Source of the DNA: Macrostomum lignano | Taxonomy: Eukaryota | DNA: 64,000 nucleotides | NCBI GenBank assembly: GCA_002269645.1 | Contig: NIVC01002517.1 | Location: forward strand, 101,413-165,412 | Direction of reading: 5' to 3' | Shown: positions 11,681 through 22,440 of the stretch, one piece after another | Layout of the letters: each line of letters starts with the position of its first letter | How positions within the stretch are numbered: position 1 is the first letter of the stretch | Made by a program: the position numbers and the translations under genes | Notes under the pieces: generated by a model | Told to the model about the DNA's origin: nothing | The model's input: the letters and a program-made list of their open reading frames with translations, nothing else | Databases searched by the model: none

Positions 11681-11843
11681 AATTTATTTGCAGTCTTAAT
11701 TTATTTGCAGTCTTAATTTATTTGCAGTCTTAATTTATTTGCAGTCTTAATTTATTTGCAGTCTTAATTTATTTGCAGTCTTAATTTATTTGCAGTCTTA
11801 ATTTATTTGCAGTCTTAATTTATTTGCAGTCTTAATTTATTTG
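11681..11843. repeat. 17-bp tandem array (9 copies) at the PLE/LINE junction
   Basis: gcagtcttaatttattt starts at 11690, 11707 ... 11826. One further copy lies at 10611-10631 on the other side of the PLE. Confidence 0.95.
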
Positions 11844-14015
11844 TACCACGGTGCAGATAAATGCTGCTACCTCCTCGTGGTCAGAGCGGAGAGCCGCACT
11901 TAACTGCTGCGGCGGCCAAATGCGGCAGGACCTGCTTTGCCAGCGCCTTTAACACCGCGCTGGGCGAGAATCGTGGAAGTGCCGAGTATGCGGAAGTGTG
12001 CGCTGCAGTCAGAACCGCCTCGGAGCAAGCAGTCCCGATGATGCAACCGGCTCAACGTGGGCAGCCGGTCTGGCAGGACGACCCTGCGATTCAGGCAGCG
12101 AGGGAAGATCTGGAGAGGCTCCGCTTGAGCAGGCGACCAACCCGCGAGGCAGAGGCAGCTCTGGCGGCTGTCTACCTGCAGCGCCAACAAGCGGCTGTCG
12201 ATGACGCCATTCAGGCTGTCTCTGCCGCTGGGCCCGATGCCAGAGGGCACGTGGCCTGGTCCGCCATCAACTCTCTGACGGGGCGAAAGCGGCGCAATCC
12301 GCTGAACCTGGCTGGTGACACTCCGGACGAGTGCAGGAACGAGCCGCGCGAGTTCTTCGCCGCCATCGTTAACGCGCCGCCACCCCCGCTGTCAGACAGT
12401 CTGACGCTGCCGCCGGAGACGCCGTTGCCGGCAGAGAAGAGTTTCAGCGTAGCCCCAGTCAACGCAGCCGACGTTGTCAAGCTCGCCCAGCAGTCACCGG
12501 GCGGGAAAGCGCTGGGTCCGGACGAGGTGCCCATCGAGGCGCTGCGCATCCCCTGTGTGGCCGCTGAGGTCGCCAGAGTGATGAACCGCGTGCTCTTCGG
12601 TGAGGCGGCGCCCAACGAATGGACCACGGCGCACATCGTCGCTGTTCCAAAGAAGCCGGGCACCACTATGCTTGAAGACCATCGAGGCATCTGCCTTCAG
12701 TTCTGTGCAGCGAAGCTGTTCAACCGGATGCTGCTTTCGCGGTTGCAGCCTGTGCTGGATCCGTACCTGCGCCCAGAGCAGAACGGGTTCCGGCCCCATC
12801 GCGGCACAGTGGCGCAGATCCTGGCTCTTCGCCGAGTCATCGAGGAGGCGCAGATTCGCCAGTCGCTCCTGATTCTAATCTTTATAGATTTCAAGAAGGC
12901 TTTCGACTCGGTTGTCAGAGCCGTGCTTCCAATGGTGCTCCGCGCGTACAACGTGCCTGAGCAGCTGATCTCCGCCATCATGGCGATGTACCGTGATACG
13001 AAAGCTGCTGTGACAACACCGGACGGCCTATCGGACTCCTTTGAGACATCCTCCGGAGTACTTCAGGGAGATACGCTGGCGCCGTTCCTGTTCGTCCTGG
13101 TGCTTGACTGGGTGCTGCGGACTGCTCTTCCTACCGACGACGACGGCTTTCTGCTGCGGCGACGCATAGGTTGACGTCAACCGGAGAAGCGGCTCAGCGT
13201 GCTTGGCTACGCCGACGACCTCGCCCTGCTGTCCTCGACCATCGAGGGCGCCCAACGGCAGCTGGACAGGCTAGTTGTCGTTGCGGCGAGCGTCGGCCTG
13301 GTGGTCAACACGCAGAAGACCGTTGTGCTCTGCGTGCCGGACGACACCGAGGCTGCAATATTCTGCCGAGGCGCTGACGGGCAGTCGACCGAACTCCCGC
13401 GATGTCAGCAGTTCGTCTACCTCGGCGGTCTGGTTCCAGACGCTCGCGAGGACCTGCGACGCCGCCGCGGGCTTGCCTGGGCTCCTTTTTGTTCTGTGAG
13501 GGCAGTCCTGCAGTCCGAGGCCCTACCGGACCGCCAGAGGGCGGCGCTGTTCCAGGCGGTAATCGAGACCGTCCTGCTGTACAACGCCGAGACCTGGACG
13601 CTGACGGACTCACTCGAACAGCAAGTCGATGCGGCGCACGCTGGCCTGCTGCGCGCCGCCTTCAACATCGGCGTCGAGCGGGTCACCAACGCGGCACTCT
13701 ATCGCCGCGCTGGCCTGCCACGTCCAAGTGATCTACTGCGCCGTCGGGGACTCCAGCTAGCAGGCCATCTCATCCGCGCCGAGTCGTACTGCCCACAGCC
13801 GGTGCAGGAGGTGCTGCTGCTCACGCTGCAGGCACCCTACCGGCGAGGTCAAGCGCGAACTCGGCGTTATGTCCACTGTCTGCTGGCTGACGCCGGCGCC
13901 CCAGACACTGCCGGTGGCGCGGCCTTTGTTCGCGCCCAAGCCATGAAGCGCGCCCTGTGACGCTGACTTTTGCCATCTTGACAGCGTATTTTGTTTTTTT
14001 TGTTGTTGTTGTTGT
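11844..14015 (+). mobile_element. 5'-truncated non-LTR retrotransposon (RTE-like LINE), RT ORF with one premature stop
   Basis: ORFs 11861..13174 and 13199..13960 are in the same frame, separated by a single TGA at 13172-13174. RT motifs are present: KALGPDEVP, EQNGFRPHRGT, FIDFKKAFDSV, GVLQGDTLAPFLF, LGYADDLALL, FVYLG. No endonuclease is seen, and there is a (TTG)n tail near 14000. The clade call is tentative. Confidence 0.9.
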
Positions 14016-14574
14016 AGACAAACAACAACAAAGCGACAAATAACACGTACGTACAATTCGCGTAAGCTATTGCTCTCATTACAACAGCGTCAATCTATCG
14101 ATGGATTCTAAATTCTCTGCATAATTCTTCCATTTTTTATACAACCCCGAGGCAGACTCCTGAAAGAAATTTACAGCTGTATGGGCAAGGACTTCTAGAC
14201 TAAGTCTAGCTAAGTCTAGAAGTCCTTGTGTATGGGTTGCACATTCACTATATTCCATTAAGGACATGCATGTACATGTACGACTTAAGTATTTTAAGCG
14301 TAGCTACCATAAGGACGACTTAATTACCATATTATCGTATATTATCAATTTAAGTATAGTCATTCATATTTGCATGTGCTTAAGTCGCCCTCGATTAATC
14401 CATGTCACATTTACAGGTTATACTAGCAATCTTCGCCCCCCGATGGGGGACATCTGGATAGAATCTCTGTTCTCTACAATTAACAAAAAGACAGCCAAAA
14501 AATCCTTCACAAAGACAACAGACAAACTGCTCAAATGAAGTGAATTGCAATAAGAAATCTTCCCAAGACCACAA

Positions 14575-15140
14575 GCATCCCCCAGATAGCAAGCATCCTC
14601 CAGATAGCAAGCATTCTCCCAGATAGCAAGCATTTCCCAGATAGCAAGCATCCCCAAGATAGCAAGCATCCTCCAGATAGCAAGCATCCCCCAGATAGCA
14701 AGCATCCCCCAGATAGCAAGCATCCCCCAGATAGCAAACATCCCCCAGATAGCAAGCATTCCCCAGATAGCAAGCATTCCGCAGATAGCAAGCATCCCCC
14801 AGATAGCAAGCATCCCCAAGATAGCAAGCATCCCTCAGATAGCAAGCATACCCCAAGATAGCAAGCATCCCTCAGATAGCAAGCATACCCCAGATAGCAA
14901 GCATCCCCCAGATAGCAAGCATCACTCAGATAGCAAGCATCCCTCAGATAGCAAGCATCCACCAAATAGCAAGCATCCCCCAGATAGCAAACATCCCCCA
15001 GATAGCAAGCATCCCCCAGATAGCAAGCATTCCCCAGATAGCAAGCATTCCCCAGATAGCAAGCATCCCCAGAAAGCAAGCATCCTCCAAATAGCAAGCA
15101 TCCCCAAGATAGATAGCATCCCCAAATAGCAACCATCCAC
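14575..15140. repeat. 18-bp minisatellite (~30 copies)
   Basis: Unit cccagatagcaagcatcc; the minus-strand ORFs repeat a 6-aa unit (DACYLG). Confidence 0.95.
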
Positions 15141-15229
15141 CAGACAATAAGTAGCTAGAGCGACAATTTCCTTAGCTTTATAGTGGCTCCTTTAAATTGG
15201 CATGGCGCTTTATACCTTTACATTTGAAA

Positions 15230-18200
15230 TTGGATATCTTGAATGTTTGACATGGTGGCTCTTTTATGTTTGACATAGTGGCTCTTCTATGTTTGACATG
15301 GTGGCTCTTTTATGTTTGACATAGTGGCTCTTTTATGTTCGACATGGTGGCTCTTCTATGTTTGACATGGTGGCTTTTTTAGGTTTGACATGGTGGCTGT
15401 TTTATGTTTGACATGTTGACTTTTTTATGTTCGACACGGTGGCTTTTTAATGTTCGACATGGTGGCTCTTTTAGGTTTGAACCGGTGGCTCTTTAATGTT
15501 TGACATGGTGGCTCTTTAATGTTCGACATGGTGGCTCTTTTATGTTCGACATGGTGGCTCTTTAATGTTTGACATGGTGGCCCTTTAATGGTTAACATGG
15601 CGGCTCTTTAATTTTCGAAATGGTGGCTCCTTAATTTTCGAAATGGTGGCTGTTTTATGTTTGACATGGTGGCTCTTTAATGTTCGACATGGTGGCTCTT
15701 TAATGTTTGACATGGTGTCTGTTTTATGTTTGATATGGTGGCTCTTTAATGTTCGACATGGTGGCTCTTTAATGTTTGACATGGTAACTCTTTTATGTTT
15801 GATATGGTGGCTCTTTAATGTTCGACATGGTGGCTCTTTAATGTTCGACATGGTGGCTCTTTAATGTTCGACATGGTGGCTCTTTAATTTTTAACATGGT
15901 GACTCTTTTATGTTCGACATGGTGGCTCTTTTATGTTTGACATAGTGGCTCTTCTATGTTTGACATGGTGGCTCTTTAATGTTTGACATGGTGGCTCTAT
16001 TATGTTTGACATGGTGGCTCTTCTATGTTTGACATGGTGGCTTTTTTAGGTTTGACATGGTGGCTCTTTTATGTTTGACATGTTGGCTTTTTAATGTTCG
16101 ACATGGCGGCTTTTTAATGTTCGACATGGTGGCTCCTTTAGGTTTGAAATGGTGGCTCTTTAATATTTGACAAGGTGGCTCTTTAATGTTCGACATGGTG
16201 GCTCTTTTAGGTTTGAACCGGTGGCTCTTTAATGTTTGACATGGTGTCTGTTTTATGTTTGACATGGTGGCTCTTTAATGTTCGACATGGTGGCTCTTTA
16301 ATGTTCGACATGGTGGCTCTTTAATTTTTAACATGGTGACTCTTTTATGTTCGACATGGTGGCTCCTTAAGGTTTGAAATATTGGCTCTTTAATGTTTAA
16401 CATGGTGGCTTTTCTATGTTCGACATGGTGGCTTTTCTATGTTCGACATGGTGGCTCTTGTATGTTCGACATGGTGGCTCTTTTAATGGTCGACATGGTG
16501 GCTCTTTAATGTTCTTCATGTTGGCTCTTTTATGTTTGACATGGTGGCTTTTTTATGTTTGACATGGTGGCTCTTTTATGTTCTACATAGCTGCTCTTTT
16601 ATGTTCGACATTGTGGCTCTTGTATGTTCGACAGGGTCGCTCTTTTAGGTTTGAAATGGTGGCTCTTTAATATTTGACAAGGTGGCCCTTTAATGTTTAA
16701 CATGGCGGCTCTTAAATTTTCGAAATGGTGGCTGTTTTATATTTGACATGGTGGCTCTTTAATGTTCGACATGGTGGCTCTTTAATGTTCTTAATGGTGT
16801 CTGTTTTATGTTTGACATGGTTGCTCTTTTATGTTCGACATGGTGGCTCTTTAATTTTTAACATGGTAACTCTTTTATGTTTGATATGGTGGCTCTTTTA
16901 TGTTCGACATGGTGGCTCTTGTATGTTCGACATGGTGGCTTCTTTAGGTTTGAAATGGTGGCTCTTTAATATTTGACAAGGTGGCTCTTTAATGTTCGAC
17001 ATGGTGGCTCTTTTAGGTTTGAAATGGTGGCTCTTTAATATTTGACAAGGTGGCTCTTTAATGTTTGACATGGTGGCTCTTTAATGTTCGACATGGTGGC
17101 TCTTTAATGTTTGACATGGTAACTCTTTTATGTTTGATATGGTGGCTCTTTTATGTTCGACATGGTGGCTCTTTAATGTTTGACATGGTGGTTCTTTAAT
17201 GTTTGACATGGTAACTCTTTTATGTTTGATATGGTGGCTCTTTAATGTTCGACATGGTGGCTCTTGTATGTTCGACATGGTGGCTTCTTTAGGTTTGAAA
17301 TGGTGGCTCTTTAATATTTGACAAGGTGGCTCTTTAATGTTTGACATGGTGGCTCTTTAATGTTTGACATGGTGGCTCTTTTAGGTTTGAAATGGTGGCT
17401 TTTTAATGTTTGACAATGTGGCTCTTTAATGTTTGACATGGTGGCTTTTTAATGTTCGACATGGTGGCTCTTTTAGGTTTGAACCGGTGGCTCTTTAATG
17501 TTTGACATGGTGGCTCTTTAATGTTTGACATGGTGTCTGTTTTATGTTTGACATGGTGGCTCTTTAATGTTCGACATGGTGGCTCTTTTAGGTTTGAACC
17601 GGTGGCTCTTTAATGTTTGACATGGTGGCTCTTTAATGTTTGAAATGGTGGCTCTTTAATGTTCGACATGGTGGCTCTTTAATTTTTAACATGGTGACTC
17701 TTTTATGTTCGACATGGTGGCTCCTTTAGGTTTGAAATATTGGCTCTTTAATGTTTAACATGGTGGCTTTTCTATGTTCGACATGGTGGCTTTTCTATGT
17801 TCGACATGGTGGCTCTTGTATGTTCGACATGGTGGCTCTTTTATGTTCGACATGGTGGCTCTTGTATGTTCGACAGGGTCGCTCTTTTAGGTTTGAAATG
17901 GTGGCTCTTTAATATTTGACAAGGTGGCCCTTTAATGTTTAACATAGCGGCTCTTAAATTTTTGAAATGGTGGCTCCTTAATTTTCGAAATGGTGGCTGT
18001 TTTATATTTGACATGGTGGCTCTTTAATGTTCTTAATGGTGTCTGTTTTATGTTTGACATGGTGGCTCTTTAATTTTTAACATGGTGGCTCTTTTAGGTT
18101 TGAAACGGTGGCTCTTTAATGTTTGACATGGTGACTCTTTAATGTTTGACATGGTGGCTTTTCTATGTTCGACATGGTGGCTCTTGTATGTTCGACATGG

Positions 18201-20440
18201 TGGCTTCTTTAGGTTTGAAATGGTGGCTCTTTAATATTTGACAAGGTGGCTCTTTAATGTTCGACATGGTGGCTCTTTAATGTTTGACATGGTGGCTCTT
18301 TTAGGTTTGAAATGGTGGGTCTTTAATGCTTGACAATGTGGCTCTTTAATGTTTGACATGGTGGCTCTTTAATGTTCGACATGGTGGCTCTTTAATGTTT
18401 GACATAGTAACTCTTTTATGTTTAATATGGTGGCTCTTTTATGTTCGACATGGTGGCTCTTTAATGTTTGACATGGTGGCTATTGAATGTTTGACATGGT
18501 AACTATTTTAGGTTTGAAATGGTGGGTCTTTAATGCTTGACAATGTGGCTCTTTAATGTTTGACATGGTAACTCTTTTATGTTTGATATGGTGGCTCTTT
18601 TATGTTCGACATGGTGGCTCTTTAATATTTGACAAGGTGGCTCTTTAATGTTTGACATGGTGGCTCTTTAATGTTCGACATGGTGGCTCTTTAATGTTTG
18701 ACATGGTAACTCTTTTATGTTTGATATGGTGGCTCTTTTATGTTCGACATGGTGGCTCTTTAATGTTTGACATGGTGGCTCTTTAATGTTTGACATGGTA
18801 ACTCTTTTATGTTTGATATGGTGGCTCTTTAATGTTCGACATGGTGGCTCTTGTATGTTCGACATGGTGGCTTCTTTAGGTTTGAAATGGTGGCTCTTTA
18901 ATATTTGACAAGGTGGCTCTTTAATGTTTGACATGGTGGCTCTTTAATGTTTGACATGGTGGCTCTTTTAGGTTTGAAATGGTGGCTTTTTAATGTTTGA
19001 CAATGTGGCTCTTTAATGTTTGACATGGTGGCTTTTTAATGTTCGACATGGTGGCTCTTTTAGGTTTGAACCGGTGGCTCTTTAATGTTTGACATGGTGG
19101 CTCTTTAATGTTTGACATGGTGTCTGTTTTATGTTTGACATGGTGGCTCTTTAATGTTCGACATGGTGGCTCTTTTAGGTTTGAACCGGTGGCTCTTTAA
19201 TGTTTGACATGGTGGCTCTTTAATGTTTGAAATGGTGGCTCTTTAATGTTCGACATGGTGGCTCTTTAATTTTTAACATGGTGACTCTTTTATGTTCGAC
19301 ATGGTGGCTCCTTTAGGTTTGAAATATTGGCTCTTTAATGTTTAACATGGTGGCTTTTCTATGTTCGACATGGTGGCTTTTCTATGTTCGACATGGTGGC
19401 TCTTGTATGTTCGACATGGTGGCTCTTTTATGTTCGACATGGTGGCTCTTGTATGTTCGACAGGGTCGCTCTTTTAGGTTTGAAATGGTGGCTCTTTAAT
19501 ATTTGACAAGGTGGCCCTTTAATGTTTAACATAGCGGCTCTTAAATTTTTGAAATGGTGGCTCCTTAATTTTCGAAATGGTGGCTGTTTTATATTTGACA
19601 TGGTGGCTCTTTAATGTTCTTAATGGTGTCTGTTTTATGTTTGACATGGTGGCTCTTTAATTTTTAACATGGTGGCTCTTTTAGGTTTGAAACGGTGGCT
19701 CTTTAATGTTTGACATGGTGACTCTTTAATGTTTGACATGGTGGCTTTTCTATGTTCGACATGGTGGCTCTTGTATGTTCGACATGGTGGCTTCTTTAGG
19801 TTTGAAATGGTGGCTCTTTAATATTTGACAAGGTGGCTCTTTAATGTTTGACATGGTGGCTCTTTAATGTTTGACATGGTGGCTCTTTTAGGTTTGAAAT
19901 GGTGGGTCTTTAATGCTTGACAATGTGGCTCTTTAATGTTTGACATGGTGGCTCTTTAATGTTCGACATGGTGGCTCTTTAATGTTTGACATGGTAACTC
20001 TTTTATGTTTAATATGGTGGCTCTTTTATGTTCGACATGGTGGCTCTTTAATGTTTGACATGGTGGCTATTGAATGTTTGACATGGTAACTATTTTAGGT
20101 TTGAAATGGTGGGTCTTTAATGCTTGACAATGTGGCTCTTTAATGTTTGACATGGTAACTCTTTTATGTTTGATATGGTGGCTCTTTTATGTTCGACATG
20201 GTGGCTCTTTAATTTTCGACATGGTGGCTCCTTTAGGTTTGAAATGGTGGCTCTTTAATGTTTGACATGGTGGCTCTTCTATGTTCGACATGGTGGCTCT
20301 TCTATGTTCGACATGGTGGCTCTTTAATTTTTAACATGGTAACTCTTTTATGTTCGATATGGTGGCTCTTTTATGTTCGACATGGTGGTTCTTTAATGTT
20401 CGACATGGTGGCTCCTTTAGGTTTGACATGGTGGCTCTTC
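15230..20440. repeat. 5.2-kb 23-bp satellite with a 1587-bp higher-order duplication
   Basis: Unit atgtttgacatggtggctcttta. Rare variants recur at an offset of exactly 1587 bp (17041/18628, 17873/19460, 18481/20068), and ORFs 17081..17347 and 18668..18934 are identical. Confidence 0.95.
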
Positions 20441-20505
20441 TATTGCGCTTTTTTTATGTTTAGCAGTTTTTTAGTTTTTAAGGTGTTTTAATAAAAAAAT
20501 TATTT

Positions 20506-20572
20506 TGCGCTTCTAAGACTCGAACCCAGGTCGCTACATTAGCATTCCAGTCTGTTCGCATCAGGGCTATCT
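20506..20572 (-). mobile_element. tRNA-derived (SINE-like) Pol III head adjacent to the satellite
   Basis: The reverse complement tagccctgatgcgaacagactggaatgctaatgtagcgacctgGGTTCGAGTCttagaagcgca has a B-box and a degenerate A-box. Confidence 0.45.
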
Positions 20573-20879
20573 CTTTTCAATTGGAGAACATGAATTGTGG
20601 CCCTTATAATTCAATTCTTACAGCAAGTCAATTGGAGTAAAAAGTTATGACATAATCAATTTCTCAGTCAGCCAGTATCAGTCTCACTTCGAGTTAGCAA
20701 TATGGTTACGCAATTTCAATCAAGTCGTGTGTGCATTTCTTCGGCACTGTTTTCAACTTGTTGTGATGCAATCTTTATCAGAATTGAAATTCAGTCAGTC
20801 AGTTTTTTCTCTAGCATTCTTACAATGCATTTCAAGTCGAAAATTTTGCTTGACCTTTGCAAAAAAGCGTGTTTTTCGA

Positions 20880-21058
20880 ATATTTAATCCCTTTAACATT
20901 GAGCAATTTCTTAGCCAAGATGCATGTACTGTGCCAGGAAAATTTCTGATCGAATGATGCAAGTTTGAAGAAAATCGGTTGAGCCGTTTTTTCTGAAATC
21001 AATCGCATACCCATATACATACATACATACAGACAACTCATTTTTAGTATATAGGATA
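20880..21058 (+). mobile_element. Possible Helentron/HINE (DINE-1-like) non-autonomous fragment
   Basis: aaaatcggttgagccgtttttt...cgcat, then an (ACAT)n/cagac microsatellite and the ending ttttagtatatagga. This layout is typical of HINE 3' ends. Recognised by pattern only. Confidence 0.35.
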
Positions 21059-21355
21059 TGATTAGGCTAGTTGGGTTAAAAATCCGTAATGTGTGTAATT
21101 GCTGTTGAATAGTTATCCCAATACAGGTAATTAAAAAATTCAAAAGTAAATTAAGACTAGAATGATAACGCAAACCATTTAACGCAGACTAAAGCTACAT
21201 TTTTAAATACATGAAAGTCAAATTTCAAACCTAAAATTTTTCTAGTGGGATAAAGATAAAGTCGTAAGAATAAAATGAACGCTGTATTTTTATTTTCATG
21301 CAAGCAAGATCCAACTCAATATTGTTTAAGATATACTCGTCATCAATTAGATGAA

Positions 21356-21645
21356 TCAATTTTTCCGCGTGCGACTAGCGGTCGCTGACCGGTCATGCAA
21401 GCCGAACTGCTTCAACTCGTCCAGATCACGATCCAGTTTGCGCTCCATTTCTTCAACCTGCAGTTGCAGCCGACGGAACTCTTCGGATCCGGCGAGGCTG
21501 TTGGCGCCGCGTCCGTCGTCAAGAGCAGCCGTTGCGGATGCATTCGTCTGTCGCGTGCGCCCAGTCTCGGTACTGACGACATTCGACGATCCAGACGTCA
21601 TTCCGCAATGCTCTTTTGGCAGTAAGTCCCACAGTGCTTTTGCTA
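21356..21645 (-). CDS. Probable terminal exon of an unidentified gene (coiled-coil segment)
   Basis: GC-rich open frame ...ALWDLLPKEHCGMTSGSS...EEFRRLQLQVEEMERKLDRDLDELKQFG...KN* in AT-rich surroundings, with a candidate acceptor ttag near 21646. Confidence 0.4.
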
Positions 21646-22139
21646 ATATATACTCGTAACCATGTAGATGTTGAAATATAGGCAGCGATAGTTGTATTTA
21701 TATATCAACAAGGGATGAGTTTGCTCAGCATTTAGCATCGCTGCTATAGTCAGGGCTGAATCATAATGGTTGAGTAAATACGCTTAGTTTAACTGCACTG
21801 CAGGTGCGCACATCATTTGAATTGACATTTCGTGCTTAAAGCTGCATATGAACAATGAGACTTTAATGTTCTATCTAAATAATCAAATATAGTTATAGAA
21901 CTAGCTTCAGCTGAAGCATGAGGCTTAGCAGAACAAATCATTTCTTAGCTTGCGCTTCACTATACTGTACTACGAGTACCTCTGAACAAATTTATGGATT
22001 TTAAGCTTTTAACGAGATGCGCCAAAACCAAAACCATGTACCTGCAGGGGCGTTTGACAAGGCGTTGGCCAAAATTATAGACTGCAGCCCCCCCCCCTAA
22101 TGGGCTGGCAATATGCATGGTTACCTGGCCTTGCAGTAG

Positions 22140-22440
22140 CTGGCGCGCTTGGTGCTGGCGCCCCTGGTGCTGGCGCCCCTGGTGCTGGCGCCCCTGGTGC
22201 TGGGGCCCCTGGTGCTGGCGCCCCTGGTGCTGGGGCCCCTGGTGCTGGCGCCCCTGGTGCTAAAGCCCCTGGTGCTGGCGCCCCTGGTGCTGGGCCCCTG
22301 GTGCTAAAGCCCCTGGTGCTAAAGCCCCTGGTGCTAAAGCCCCTGGTGCTGGGGCCCCTGGTGCTGGCGCCCATGGTGCTAAAGCCCCTGGTGCTAAAGC
22401 CCCTGGTGCTAAAGCCCCTGGTGCTAAAGCCCCTGGTGCT
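22140..22440. repeat. 15-bp minisatellite, same family as 5090-5600 but inverted
   Basis: The units gcccctggtgctaaa and gcccctggtgctggc are reverse complements of the units at 5090-5600. Confidence 0.9.

Larger units (their letters stand above)
10632..11683 (-). mobile_element. 5'-truncated Penelope-like element (GIY-YIG endonuclease end) with inverted pseudo-LTR
   Basis: The minus-strand ORF 10975..11649 has the PLE linker and GIY-YIG motifs (ISIPFYG; GVVYQFQC...TYIGETTRHLYVRSREH...SAVHDH...LEALYIKSRRPILNKQ). Segments 10658-10762 and 11577-11683 are ~105-bp inverted copies with 3 mismatches. A (GA)n tract at 10865-10945 lies in the 3' UTR. Confidence 0.9.

Noticed and set aside
13172-13174. 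In-frame TGA in the LINE (and possible Sec codons in the PLE) as selenocysteine
   Set aside because: The position is not a conserved Cys and no SECIS was recognised. The PLE Cys motifs use TGT/TGC.
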